NCBI GenBank assembly: GCA_902802115.1
Contig: CADCKW010000002.1
Coordinates: 5,744 to 69,743 of the forward strand
Direction: 5' to 3'
DNA from: an uncultured Pseudomonadota bacterium
GTDB taxonomy: Bacteria; Pseudomonadota; Alphaproteobacteria; Rs-D84
Length of the DNA stretch: 64,000 nt
Shown here: one piece after another, positions 8,711 to 18,308 of the stretch
Position numbering within the stretch: the stretch's first letter is position 1
Layout: every line of letters starts with the position of its first letter
Program-made: the position numbers and the translations under genes
Notes under the pieces: generated by a model
The model's database searches: none
Told to the model about the DNA's origin: nothing
The model's input: only the letters and a program-made list of their open reading frames with translations

Positions 8711-10171
8711 ATGAAATTGAGTCGTAATATTTTTGGTGTCGGTGCGATGACCGGCATCAGTCGTATTTTTGGTTTTGTGCGTGATATGCTGATTGCGCGC
8801 GTATTGGGTGCAGGACGTTTGTCCGATATATTTTTGGCGGCATTTAAATTACCAAACCTGTTTCGCGACTTATTGGGCGAAGGTGCTTTGTCTGCGATAT
8901 TTATTCCTATGTTTGCAGATTCCAAACGCGACAGGAATTTTGCAAACAATGTTTTTTCATGGCTGTTGGTCGTGTTATTGGGATTAACCATTATTTTCGA
9001 GATATTTATGCCGGCATTTGTCTGTATTTTGGCCCCAGGTTTTTCGGCAGACCCCGGTAAATTAGAAATGACAGTTGTTATTTCCCGTATTATGTTTTGG
9101 TATGTTATTTTCATTTGCGCAGCGGCATTTTTATCTGCGGTATTAAATGCGTTTTCTAAATTCATATTGGCGGCATTTATGCCAGTAATGTTAAATATCA
9201 TGTTAATATGCGCCCTGTTGATGTCAGCATGGTTTGCGCCAACAACTGTTTTATATATTATGGCGGCAACTGTCGTGTTATCTGGGATATTACAGTGTGC
9301 AATATTATGGGGACGAATAAGGTCTGGGAATTTTGGTTTGCGTATAATTCGCCCACGTTGGAACGGACAAATAAAATCTATGTTGCAACGGTTTGGTGTC
9401 AGTATTGTCGGCAGTGGTTTTTACCAAATAACAATTATTGTTGGAACATTGGTTGCCAGTTTTGAATCTGGCGCGGTTTCATGGCTGTATTATGCCGACA
9501 GAATTGTACAATTACCCTTTGCAATGATTGGTTTGGCGGTGGGAACCGTATTGATGTCTTCAATTTCAAATGCGATTGCAGATAAAAATATGCGCAGTGT
9601 TTATATTCAACAAAATTCATCAATGCGGCGGTCATTGATGTTAATTATACCATGTATGGTGGGATTGTTCGTTTTGGCAGAACCCATTATTAAAAATCTG
9701 TTTCAATATGGCGCATGGACACCTGAATCAACACACGCGGTGGCGGTGGCGATTATGATTCAATGCTTGGTGTTGCCGGCTATGTTGATTTCCCAGATTT
9801 ACAGCAAAACACTTTACGCATCACAAGATGTTAAAACACCGGTGAAAACCAGTATAGTGTCTTTGGGAATTGCGGCAATTATTTATGTTGGATTATTTTA
9901 TCATTTGGGGTATCTGGCGATTCCAGTTGGCGTTGTTATATCGGGCTATGTTAAAAACATGCTGTTGGCGCGTGCATGCAGACGCAAAGGATTGATTCAT
10001 ATCGACGGTCGAACAATCCGCGCAACGATTGGGTTTGTTTTGTGGGCGGTTGCATTGGGCGTGGGATTGTGGTTCGCACCAATTGATAATATAATATCTT
10101 TGTGTGTTGCGATTGCGATTTATGGAATTTTATATCTGCCGGTGGCATGGTTCATGGACAGAAAGTTATAA
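8711..10171 (+). CDS. murJ: Lipid II flippase MurJ (MviN)
   Basis: N-terminal GAMTGISRIFGFVRD...LGAG..SD.F..AFK.PNLFR signature and polytopic membrane profile. Confidence 0.85.
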   Translation: MKLSRNIFGVGAMTGISRIFGFVRDMLIARVLGAGRLSDIFLAAFKLPNLFRDLLGEGALSAIFIPMFADSKRDRNFANNVFSWLLVVLLGLTIIFEIFMPAFVCILAPGFSADPGKLEMTVVISRIMFWYVIFICAAAFLSAVLNAFSKFILAAFMPVMLNIMLICALLMSAWFAPTTVLYIMAATVVLSGILQCAILWGRIRSGNFGLRIIRPRWNGQIKSMLQRFGVSIVGSGFYQITIIVGTLVASFESGAVSWLYYADRIVQLPFAMIGLAVGTVLMSSISNAIADKNMRSVYIQQNSSMRRSLMLIIPCMVGLFVLAEPIIKNLFQYGAWTPESTHAVAVAIMIQCLVLPAMLISQIYSKTLYASQDVKTPVKTSIVSLGIAAIIYVGLFYHLGYLAIPVGVVISGYVKNMLLARACRRKGLIHIDGRTIRATIGFVLWAVALGVGLWFAPIDNIISLCVAIAIYGILYLPVAWFMDRKL

Positions 10172-10286
10172 ATCAATAATTTAAAGTTGAAAGTGGCATA
10201 AAAATATGATAAAATTATCACAGAGAATGTAGGGAGTTCCCATTTTAAAACTCCCTTTGAACACAGGCTTTAAAAGGAGAAAACAC

Positions 10287-11171
10287 ATGAAAAAACTGGT
10301 ATCATTGGCGGCTTTGGCGGCGGTACTGACAGGTTGCATGACCAACCAAGATCCAAATGTTTATGGGTCTGAATCAATGGCCGAAGAAACTTTGGTAAAT
10401 GAAACATCAACATTGAACGATTCGTATTTGATGGCGGCGGCACCAAAATATTATATTGGTAATGCATACAAGGTTGATGATGTCCAATATATTCCATCCG
10501 AAGATTTAACATATAATCAAACCGGTATTGCGGGTATTATCCCAGCAGAATTAAACGGTCAAAAAACAACAAATGGCGAAACATTTGAATCTGCACAAAT
10601 GTTGGCAACCAGTAAAACATTACCTTTGCCAACAATTGCCAAGGTCACGAATTTAGACAATGGACAATCTGTGGTCGTGCGTGTGAATAATCGTGGTCCA
10701 TTTGTAAATACACGTATTATGGATTTATCACCTGCAGCGGCGCAAAAAATCGGCATCAATTCACAGGCCAAAGTGCAAGTGCAAGTTTTGACAGATCAAT
10801 CATTAGCGGTTAAAAATGCAACGATTGGCGCAACACAACCAGTAGTTCAAGAAACCACAGTAGAAGTTGCACCAGTCGAATCAACCCAGGTTCAACCACA
10901 ACCTGCCCCACAGCCAGCCCCAGTTGCAACAGGTGATTACTCGGTTCAGTTGGCGGCATTTTATGCCGAAGATAGCGCGGACGCAATGGTTCAACGTATG
11001 AAAACATACGGTGATGCGGTTGTCGTAAATGAAGGTGGAATGTACAAAGTTCGCATTATCAATTTAGATGCAGCACGTGCAAAAAGTGTTATCAACGCGT
11101 TGCGTACAAATGAAGGCATGGCACCAGGACTGTTGAAAGGCGGTCGTTGGGTTAATGCCGACAGCATTTAA
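10287..11171 (+). CDS. rlpA: Septal ring lytic transglycosylase RlpA-like lipoprotein (DPBB domain plus C-terminal SPOR domain)
   Basis: Signal/lipobox LTGCM; DPBB core TSKTLPLPTIAKVTNLDNGQSVVVRVNNRGPF...DLSPAAAQKIG; SPOR-like C-terminus YSVQLAAF...YKVRII. Confidence 0.7.
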   Translation: MKKLVSLAALAAVLTGCMTNQDPNVYGSESMAEETLVNETSTLNDSYLMAAAPKYYIGNAYKVDDVQYIPSEDLTYNQTGIAGIIPAELNGQKTTNGETFESAQMLATSKTLPLPTIAKVTNLDNGQSVVVRVNNRGPFVNTRIMDLSPAAAQKIGINSQAKVQVQVLTDQSLAVKNATIGATQPVVQETTVEVAPVESTQVQPQPAPQPAPVATGDYSVQLAAFYAEDSADAMVQRMKTYGDAVVVNEGGMYKVRIINLDAARAKSVINALRTNEGMAPGLLKGGRWVNADSI

Positions 11172-11195
11172 AAAACGTTTCTTCTTTGAAAGCAA

Positions 11196-11224
11196 GACAC
11201 CCGATGAAAATCGGGTGTTTTTTG
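11196..11224. terminator. Rho-independent terminator GACACCCGATGAAAATCGGGTGTTTTTT
   Basis: Hairpin plus T-run after rlpA. Confidence 0.7.
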
Positions 11225-11273
11225 TTAGCAATACGAATAACTAATTAAATATAGTGTGTTTTTGCACGAAAAA

Positions 11274-11307
11274 GTGTCGCAAAAAAACCTAGTTTTTTTT
11301 GCGACAC
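11274..11307. promoter_or_regulatory. Perfect 34-nt palindrome GTGTCGC-A7-CCTAG-T8-GCGACAC in an AT-rich leader; a second perfect palindrome AAAACCTAGGTTTT lies at 11403..11416
   Basis: Read directly; symmetric A/T tracts around a GC stem make a bidirectional terminator or operator-like element. Confidence 0.4.
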
Positions 11308-11475
11308 CCAAACGGCGATTGTCGATTTTTGATAAATTATTGATTTTACAATAAAAATAAATTTTCATTTTTTCGAAAAAAGTTGTTGCATTAAAACCTA
11401 GGTTTTTTGTATGTTTATTATATAGTGAAAAACCGCGGATTTCCGCCAAATTTAAAAATCGAGAGAGTTGCGAAA

Positions 11476-13500
11476 ATGTCTGTAAAACGTGCATTTTTTA
11501 GTATTTTTCAAAAAATTATGGTGGTTTGCTGTGCCATATTTTTTGGTTTTACCAACGCGTTTGCTGCGAATTTACCAAGCGGATATACAGAGTTGGAATA
11601 TATCGAATCCACTGGAACACAGTATATTGATACGGGGGTGATACCCAATCAAAATTATAAAATGGTTTTAGATGCCCGATTAACAGAAAACTCTGGTGGT
11701 GAAATATTGGTTGGTTCGCGTGTAAGTTATAATTCTCGTGGTTTTAGTATTGTTGGTCATTCAGGTGGATCAAAGTGGGCTGGTGGGTACGGCGATAATT
11801 CTGGTGTTTCAGAAATAGCATCTGACCTTAATCGTCATACTTTTGAAGTTGGCTTAAATGGTTTTTACATTGATAATACAAAAATATTAACTTATACACA
11901 GCAAACATTTACCGCCCCTGGTAATTTGGTCATAGGTGCTGTTAATAATAACGGAGAAATTAAATTATATTCCAAAGCCAAATTTTATTCTTTCAAGTTA
12001 TGGAATGGAAGTACTCTTGTCCGTAATTTTGTTCCAGCGAAAAATTCGTCTGGTGTGGTTGGTATGTATGATACGGTCAATAATCGGTTTTATACAACTC
12101 AGGGTACCGGAACATTTACCGCCGGTCCGGTGGTGCAGGCTTCTTTGCCAAATGAATACCAAGAAATAATGCCTTTTGATACAATATTATATCCACAAAC
12201 TTTAACTGGATGGAAACAGAGAGTCGTGACAGGTGCGGATAATATTGTAAATTACGGCAGTGATTTGGGTTTGTTTTATTTAGAAGGTTTTGATAACAAA
12301 GTTGGGGCACCTTTGCCAGGTGTTGTTAGCAATAATTTTAAATCTGTAAAAACAAACGGTTGGGCTAAAAATGACGATAAATATTTTGAAACAAGATTTC
12401 AAATGAGTGGTGATACTGTTAGTTCGCATAGATTGTATTTTAGACTGAATATGTCATACACCACTTTAACTTCTGCACAAACATATTTCAACGAACACCC
12501 AACAACAGTATTGTATTTACCAGAAACCCCAACTGATAACACATATGTTGCAGCCAAACGTATCAGCGATAATACGGTTGGTTATTATTGTGTCAGTGGG
12601 ACAAATCGGGGGAGTTTTGTACCTGCATATGGCATGACCGGTTCTGTTGCAATCAAAATTGCCACCACCGCATATAACACCGCACAATTTAATCCAGTGG
12701 TGACGGATTTAAACAGCACAATTGCAACGATACGTTCGGTTGTTACAAATACAATAAATCAAACCAAGGCGATTGCAGATTTACAGGCGAAAAAGCAAAC
12801 ACGTCCAGACGAACAATGCCCTGCTGGCAAAAAATGCTTACTCGTCGAAGATAACAATGGAACACCACATTGGTATGAAATTATTGAAAATATTTATGGT
12901 CTGCCAGCCGGATATACCGCGTTGGAATATATACAAAGTGATGGTAATTCATGGATTGATACAGGCATAAAAGGAAATATGAGTTATAAATATGATATTG
13001 AATTTCAGCAATTGGATGCAGGACAATATCGTAATTGGGGGGCTTTTAATCAACAAACATACAATGGTGGTCCAAATATGTCTTTGACATATGCAACCGG
13101 GTTTGCTGTGCGTTGGACAGTCACTGGTTCTGCTGAGCAATTGGTGAATGAGATGTCTTCTTTGGACACAAATCGTCATCATCTGGTTATAGACAATGGT
13201 TATGTCACGTGGGACGGTGTTGCCAAAGGACGTAGCGGTGGTCACCGGGATAACTATATTTTAAGTTACAATTTGTTCTTGGGTACAGTTAATCCGGGTG
13301 GTACAACACCAACAGCAAATGCGAAATCTAAATATTATTCGTATAAAGTTTGGAATGGTAATGGTGATTTGATTCAAAACTTCGTTCCGGCGAAAAATTC
13401 GTCTGGTGTGGTTGGTATGTATGATTTAGCGGACCCGAACCCTGCAACCGCGTTTCATACAAACAAAGGTACCGGAACATTTATCGGCAAAGAATTTTAA
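11476..13500 (+). CDS. Secreted 674-aa protein made of two homologous ~300-aa modules (putative lectin/jelly-roll or phage receptor-binding-like repeats)
   Basis: Signal peptide MSVKRAFFSIFQKIMVVCCAIFFGFTNAFA; module 1 begins SGYTELEYIESTGTQYIDTG and module 2 AGYTALEYIQSDGNSWIDTG, both ending NFVPAKNSSGVVGMYD...GTGTF; near-exact 40-nt DNA repeat at ~12028 and ~13381; RBS GAGAGAG. Confidence 0.6.
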   Translation: MSVKRAFFSIFQKIMVVCCAIFFGFTNAFAANLPSGYTELEYIESTGTQYIDTGVIPNQNYKMVLDARLTENSGGEILVGSRVSYNSRGFSIVGHSGGSKWAGGYGDNSGVSEIASDLNRHTFEVGLNGFYIDNTKILTYTQQTFTAPGNLVIGAVNNNGEIKLYSKAKFYSFKLWNGSTLVRNFVPAKNSSGVVGMYDTVNNRFYTTQGTGTFTAGPVVQASLPNEYQEIMPFDTILYPQTLTGWKQRVVTGADNIVNYGSDLGLFYLEGFDNKVGAPLPGVVSNNFKSVKTNGWAKNDDKYFETRFQMSGDTVSSHRLYFRLNMSYTTLTSAQTYFNEHPTTVLYLPETPTDNTYVAAKRISDNTVGYYCVSGTNRGSFVPAYGMTGSVAIKIATTAYNTAQFNPVVTDLNSTIATIRSVVTNTINQTKAIADLQAKKQTRPDEQCPAGKKCLLVEDNNGTPHWYEIIENIYGLPAGYTALEYIQSDGNSWIDTGIKGNMSYKYDIEFQQLDAGQYRNWGAFNQQTYNGGPNMSLTYATGFAVRWTVTGSAEQLVNEMSSLDTNRHHLVIDNGYVTWDGVAKGRSGGHRDNYILSYNLFLGTVNPGGTTPTANAKSKYYSYKVWNGNGDLIQNFVPAKNSSGVVGMYDLADPNPATAFHTNKGTGTFIGKEF

Positions 13501-13519
13501 TCGGCATTATTATCAATCT

Positions 13520-13549
13520 AAACACCCTGAATTTTCGGGGTGTTTTTTA
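13520..13549. terminator. Bidirectional terminator AAACACCCTGAATTTTCGGGGTGTTTTTT
   Basis: Hairpin plus T-run between convergent genes. Confidence 0.65.
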
Positions 13550-14209
13550 TCTTTGTAATAAATAACTGTGATGAATTGGCAACAGCATTTTTTTATTAAT
13601 AGTCATACCGGGAACACTGCGCACCATTTTTATTAAATCTGGGTTTGCACGATTGTCACGCGGACGTGTGATATAGTCTGGTTCAATACCGACGGCGCGA
13701 AAATCCGCCGCACTGCACGTGTTTTTTTGACGCACAGCCAAATCATTTTGCATGCATGCACGTTCGCGTACAATCGCCATATTATCCAACTTCAATGTTG
13801 AAAACCACGCAACACGAAAATCGTACATGTTATCCAAATGATGCTTTTTAAACCAATCTATTAATTCACGAGTGTATCGCGGTTCAATAACATCATATAT
13901 TAGATTTTGTCCCAGATGCGAATATATTTCGCTTGCCGGAACACCATACAACCATTTCTTATCACCGGGTTTCCAAAAAGATTCATTTACGAATAAATAT
14001 GTTGCCAACCTGTCATTTGCGCGTTCATTTTCAAACCAATCTTCGTCACGAAAATAGTATGATACACCATCAACCTCGTTCGCACGACGACCGCGTGTCG
14101 TGGCAGAAACCAGATTATAAAACGCACCAGATGGTACAACATTGTCTTTGAAAAATGTTTTGCCAGTACCAGAGTCGCCGTTCAAAAATAACATTATTTT
14201 TTTAGACAA
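13547..14209 (-). CDS. Guanylate-kinase-family P-loop kinase, divergent C-terminal half
   Basis: GDSGTGKT P-loop followed by SATTRGRRANEVDGVSYYF (the Gmk SxTTRxPRxGExDGxDYxF motif); the rest is only loosely Gmk-like. Confidence 0.45.
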   Translation of the reverse strand: MSKKIMLFLNGDSGTGKTFFKDNVVPSGAFYNLVSATTRGRRANEVDGVSYYFRDEDWFENERANDRLATYLFVNESFWKPGDKKWLYGVPASEIYSHLGQNLIYDVIEPRYTRELIDWFKKHHLDNMYDFRVAWFSTLKLDNMAIVRERACMQNDLAVRQKNTCSAADFRAVGIEPDYITRPRDNRANPDLIKMVRSVPGMTINKKMLLPIHHSYLLQR

Positions 14210-14211
14210 TA

Positions 14212-16308
14212 TTAATCTTCCTCTAAGAAACTGTGCAATTTACGACGACGTGTTGGATGATTTAATTTCTGTAAAGCCTTTTGTTCAATTTGGCGGATAC
14301 GCTCACGCGTCACACCCAGATAACTGCCAACCTCTTCCAATGTACATGTGTCGGTGTTGATTCCAAAACGTTTGCGCAATACGGTATCTTCTTTGTTTTC
14401 CAATTCCGATAACACCTGGGTGACAATTTTACGCAAATTCTTTTGCGCCGCAAACACAAATGGATTTTTCGCCGTTTCGTCCGCAATAATTTCAATACGC
14501 GAACTGTCGTCTTCGGTGCCAACAGGTGCCTCTAATGAAATTGGTTTCAAATTCACCTTCATAGCCTTGTGAATCTTATCCACAGGCAAATAGATGATTT
14601 TTGACAATTCTTCGGCGGTTGGGCTGCGTCCGTATTTATGCAAAAACTGACGCGTTGCACGTTGTATTTTATGTATGTTGTCAATCATATGCACAGGAAT
14701 ACGAATTGTGCGTGCCTGGTCGGCGATACTGCGTGAAATACCCTGTTGAATCCAGTTTGTCGCATATGTTGAAAATTTGTTTCCTAAACGATAATCAAAT
14801 TTATCCACAGCCTTCATCAAACCAATATTGCCGTCTTGGACCAAATCAGAAAAATCCAGACCCAAACCACGATTGCTGGATTTTTTCGCAAATTTAATCA
14901 CCAAACGCAAGTTCGCCTCTATCATTTCGCGCTTTGCACGTGCGGATTCGGCCTGGCCACGACGAACCAATTCAACAACCTTTTTATATTCAGCCGTCGG
15001 TTGCCCCGTTTCATTCGCAATATTCGTTATGTCAGATTGAATTTTTAAAATTTCAGCCTCGTGATTTTTGGCAAAGTTCGCCCAGACTGGATTTTTATGT
15101 TTTTGCAATTTTTTGACCCAGTTGCGATTGATTTCGTTGCCAATGTATTCCGCCAAGAAATCTTCACGTTTAATCTTGTTTGCCATAGCCAAACGCAATA
15201 ATTTACCTTCGAGTCCCATTAACAACTGGTCACGTTTGGTTAATTGTTCCAAAATTTCGGTGATACGGTCGTCACTCAAACGGATTTTACTGACGTTTTC
15301 GAATAACTCCAGACGCATTTTGTTATATTTCTTTTCCAATTCTTCGTCAGGTTTATTTGATGTCAGCAGGTTTTCCAGACGATTGGCCTGCAATTTTTGC
15401 ATGCTGTTAAATATGCGTTTGATTTTCGCAAATAATTCATCAACCAATGGACGAACGGTTTCTTCCATAACTGGAATTGGCACACCCGAAGACCCACGCG
15501 GTGTTTCTTCTTTTTTGACACCATCTTCGTCTTCTTCGTCGTCTTCATCGGCATCATCTTCGATAGATGCGGTAGATTCTTCCAAATCGTCCAAATCATC
15601 ATCGTCCAAATCTTCGACGTGTTCAACACCCTTGGATTTCAATGTTTCCGAAATCGCCGCCAAAGATTTTTGTTCGGCCTCGGACGAATACATAACTTCC
15701 AAATTGATGATATAGCGCAGGCGCACCTCGTCATTAGCAAGTTGTTGATACCAATTCAACATAGCCTGGATTGTCATTGGACTTTCACACAAACCATACA
15801 CCATCAGGCGCGATGCAGCCTCGATACGTTGGGCGATTGCAACCTCGCCGGCGGCGGTCAATAATTGAACCGTTCCAATTTGTTTCAGGTATGATTGGAC
15901 AGAATCTTGGACACCCAAGACCAAACTGCCGGTTTGGCTGCGTTCCAATTGTTTTGCGTAATGGTCATAATCGTCTTCATTGACATCAACCTGTTCAGCC
16001 TCGGCATTTAAGAGGTCGCGGGATTTATCATGTGGTTGCGCATCTTCGTCTTCTTCGTCACGATAATACCGGTCCATGTCTTTGGAAAAATTTTCAGACT
16101 CCACCATTTCCAAGCCCAAATCTTGTTGGAAAAAGTCCATCAATTCGGCCTGTTCAGAATCCGGGATTTCATCCATACTTAACGCTTCGTTAAAATCACT
16201 TTGCGAAAAATAACCGTTTTCAACCGCAGAAAATGCCAGATTTTGCATATTTTCTGACAATGACTCAATCAACATTTTCGTTGCTTCGTCCAATTTTTTA
16301 GCCATCAA
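14212..16308 (-). CDS. rpoD: RNA polymerase sigma-70 RpoD with a long acidic non-conserved insert
   Basis: Regions 1.1-4 present, e.g. region 2 DLVQDGNIGLMKAVDKFDYRLGNKFSTYATNWIQQ and region 4 TLEEVGSYLGVTRERIRQIEQKALQKL; poly-D/E insert. Confidence 0.95.
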   Translation of the reverse strand: MMAKKLDEATKMLIESLSENMQNLAFSAVENGYFSQSDFNEALSMDEIPDSEQAELMDFFQQDLGLEMVESENFSKDMDRYYRDEEDEDAQPHDKSRDLLNAEAEQVDVNEDDYDHYAKQLERSQTGSLVLGVQDSVQSYLKQIGTVQLLTAAGEVAIAQRIEAASRLMVYGLCESPMTIQAMLNWYQQLANDEVRLRYIINLEVMYSSEAEQKSLAAISETLKSKGVEHVEDLDDDDLDDLEESTASIEDDADEDDEEDEDGVKKEETPRGSSGVPIPVMEETVRPLVDELFAKIKRIFNSMQKLQANRLENLLTSNKPDEELEKKYNKMRLELFENVSKIRLSDDRITEILEQLTKRDQLLMGLEGKLLRLAMANKIKREDFLAEYIGNEINRNWVKKLQKHKNPVWANFAKNHEAEILKIQSDITNIANETGQPTAEYKKVVELVRRGQAESARAKREMIEANLRLVIKFAKKSSNRGLGLDFSDLVQDGNIGLMKAVDKFDYRLGNKFSTYATNWIQQGISRSIADQARTIRIPVHMIDNIHKIQRATRQFLHKYGRSPTAEELSKIIYLPVDKIHKAMKVNLKPISLEAPVGTEDDSSRIEIIADETAKNPFVFAAQKNLRKIVTQVLSELENKEDTVLRKRFGINTDTCTLEEVGSYLGVTRERIRQIEQKALQKLNHPTRRRKLHSFLEED

Positions 16309-16342
16309 AACACCTTTGTTTGATTAAATGCGTGAAAAAATT

Positions 16343-16876
16343 TTATTTGTTCTTTTGTGCCTTTTTTTGAGCCTTGGTAACCTCGTCTTTTAACAAACCT
16401 TCGGATACCAAACCCAACGTCACAGGATTGCAAATCTTGATTTCTGTATAATCTTTGGCGGTTTTTGTTCGCAACGATAAAACCGTTGGTTTCGTACTGC
16501 GCATCAAATTCGCAATTTGACCGTCAGATAATTCAGGATAATTTTTCAATAACCACAAAATGCTGCCCTTGCGATTTTGACGATGCAATTTCGGTGTGTA
16601 TCCACCCTTGGACCGATTGGAATTTTGCGCGTCAATTATGTTTTGCGCCAATGTTAAACGCATTGACGGATCTTGTTCCGCAGCCTTGATTTGTTCGCGG
16701 GTTATTTGTCCCGCCAATACAGGATCCAAACCTTGAATTTTATTACTTTCGGCATCAGCCAAATTTTTGATTTCTAATTCGTGCATTCCGCAGAATTCAG
16801 CAATTTGTTCAAATGTTAATGATGTGTTTTCAATCAACCACAACGCGGTAGATTTTGGCATATATGGGTAATTCAT
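16343..16876 (-). CDS. DUF1013-like protein typical of alphaproteobacteria
   Basis: MPKSTALWLIENTSLTFEQIAEFCGMHELE resembles the DUF1013 N-terminus as recalled; RBS AAAGGA supports the Met9 start. Confidence 0.45.
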   Translation of the reverse strand: MNYPYMPKSTALWLIENTSLTFEQIAEFCGMHELEIKNLADAESNKIQGLDPVLAGQITREQIKAAEQDPSMRLTLAQNIIDAQNSNRSKGGYTPKLHRQNRKGSILWLLKNYPELSDGQIANLMRSTKPTVLSLRTKTAKDYTEIKICNPVTLGLVSEGLLKDEVTKAQKKAQKNK

Positions 16877-16987
16877 GAAAAATCCTTTTTGTAACGCCAC
16901 AAAATATAGTCTAAAACGCGCCTGAATTCAAGTGTTTTTTTTATTTTTTTATTGTGATTTTTTACTGTCCCGATTTTGCACGATTTT

Positions 16988-17716
16988 TTATTTCAAAATT
17001 TTCGCAACAGCAACCGCGTTATCACCCAAATTTGCACGCGAATTCATCACAACACGAATTGACAGACCCGCCAAATATCCGTATCCAGCCCAGCCATTTA
17101 ACAAAAATGATTTCACAATGGAATTTCCTTCGTTGATATCATTTGCAACAATTATGTTCGAATTACCCGATTGGGAAATTGATTTTGTGTTTCGTGCATT
17201 TTGCGACAAACAGCAATCCAGTTGAAAATCACTGAAATCCGCCAAATTCGAATACAGGCGCGAACATTCGGTCACCAATAAATGACTGTCGCAGGCGGTT
17301 GGATTTTTTATGTTAAAATGCCCAGAGTGATTCAAAAATGTGACAATTGGGCGTATAGTACCCAATATGTTTGTTCGTGCACAAAAATCAATCGCGTTTT
17401 TCGTAATCTGGACACGCGTTGGCAAATCTGGGAATTGATTTAATGCGGCATCTGTGACGATAAAATTCGACAAATATGCCGGCGCAGTTTCCGGTTTTTC
17501 AAAATAAAAACAATGACTTATAAAATTTTTGTTTGGATTAAAGCGGCGCAAAATCAAACGCAAAAAATCGTCCGAATTTATCAGTTCTTTGACAATGATA
17601 TCGTCCGCACCAACACCATCAATCACGTAAAAATCATTAAAATCAAACCAGCAATTTTCAGCATCATTTGCCGGAACATTTGTTAATTTTTCTTTGTCGT
17701 AAATATGGTAAATCAT
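16988..17716 (-). CDS. Phosphate acetyl/butyryl-transferase family protein (Pta C-terminal-like), short
   Basis: Aligns to the Pta C-terminal region: FIVTDAALN ~ TDAAIN; NIIVANDINEGNSIVKSFLL...LAGLSIRVVMNSRAN ~ VFIFPDLEAGNIGYKLVQRL...LQGLNKPVNDLSRG; RBS AAGAGG at 17716. Confidence 0.45.
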   Translation of the reverse strand: MIYHIYDKEKLTNVPANDAENCWFDFNDFYVIDGVGADDIIVKELINSDDFLRLILRRFNPNKNFISHCFYFEKPETAPAYLSNFIVTDAALNQFPDLPTRVQITKNAIDFCARTNILGTIRPIVTFLNHSGHFNIKNPTACDSHLLVTECSRLYSNLADFSDFQLDCCLSQNARNTKSISQSGNSNIIVANDINEGNSIVKSFLLNGWAGYGYLAGLSIRVVMNSRANLGDNAVAVAKILK

Positions 17717-17778
17717 TTTTATATTGCCTCTTTTCAATCTGCAACAATACAACTATTCATGATAAAATGTAAATCAAT

Positions 17779-18249
17779 TTATTCACATATATTGCCAAAT
17801 TGAATTGGAATTATTTTATTCAGGTCGTTTGGCGACATTTCAACCTGGGCACCGCGAATACCGGCACTGAAAATTATCGTTTCAAAATTTTGCGCAGACG
17901 CGTCCAAAACAGTTGTAAAAATCTTTTTCATACCAATTGGCGAACAACCACCATGGATATAACCGACCCGCCCCAGTAATTCGCGCTGGGGCAGCATATT
18001 TAACGATTTTTCCCCGACACACATTGCCGCACTTTTTAAATTTAATTCCAATGCCACAGGCACCATAAAAACAAACAATTTGTTCGATTTGTTTGTTGTG
18101 ACCAATGTTTTAAAAACAGATGCCGGATTTTGATTTAATGCACGCGCAATATCAATCCCGGTGCTAAATTTTTCCGAGTCATAAAAATATGTTTTATAAC
18201 CTATATGCGCCGCGTCCAGCATACGCATAACATTTGTTTTCGTTTCCAT
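17779..18249 (-). CDS. ybaK: YbaK/ProX-type aminoacyl-tRNA deacylase
   Basis: FKTLV...HGGCSPIGMKK...SAGIRGAQVE parallels E. coli YbaK (YKTLLV...GGISPLGQKK...SGGKRGLDIE). Confidence 0.7.
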   Translation of the reverse strand: METKTNVMRMLDAAHIGYKTYFYDSEKFSTGIDIARALNQNPASVFKTLVTTNKSNKLFVFMVPVALELNLKSAAMCVGEKSLNMLPQRELLGRVGYIHGGCSPIGMKKIFTTVLDASAQNFETIIFSAGIRGAQVEMSPNDLNKIIPIQFGNICE

Positions 18250-18308
18250 AGTGCTGTCATTATAACAGAAAAAATCGCCAGATAAAGTTTTATCTGGCGC
18301 TTTGTTTT

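Noticed and set aside
15068-15715. 215-aa plus-strand ORF with poly-Ser run
   Set aside because: Lies antisense within rpoD; the Ser/low-complexity run is the reverse-complement reading of the poly-Glu/Asp codons in the sigma-70 acidic insert. It is a frame artefact.
14212-16308. Long acidic insertion in RpoD as an anomaly
   Set aside because: A non-conserved acidic region between sigma regions 1.1 and 1.2/2 is normal for primary sigma factors, especially in alphaproteobacteria; not unusual.
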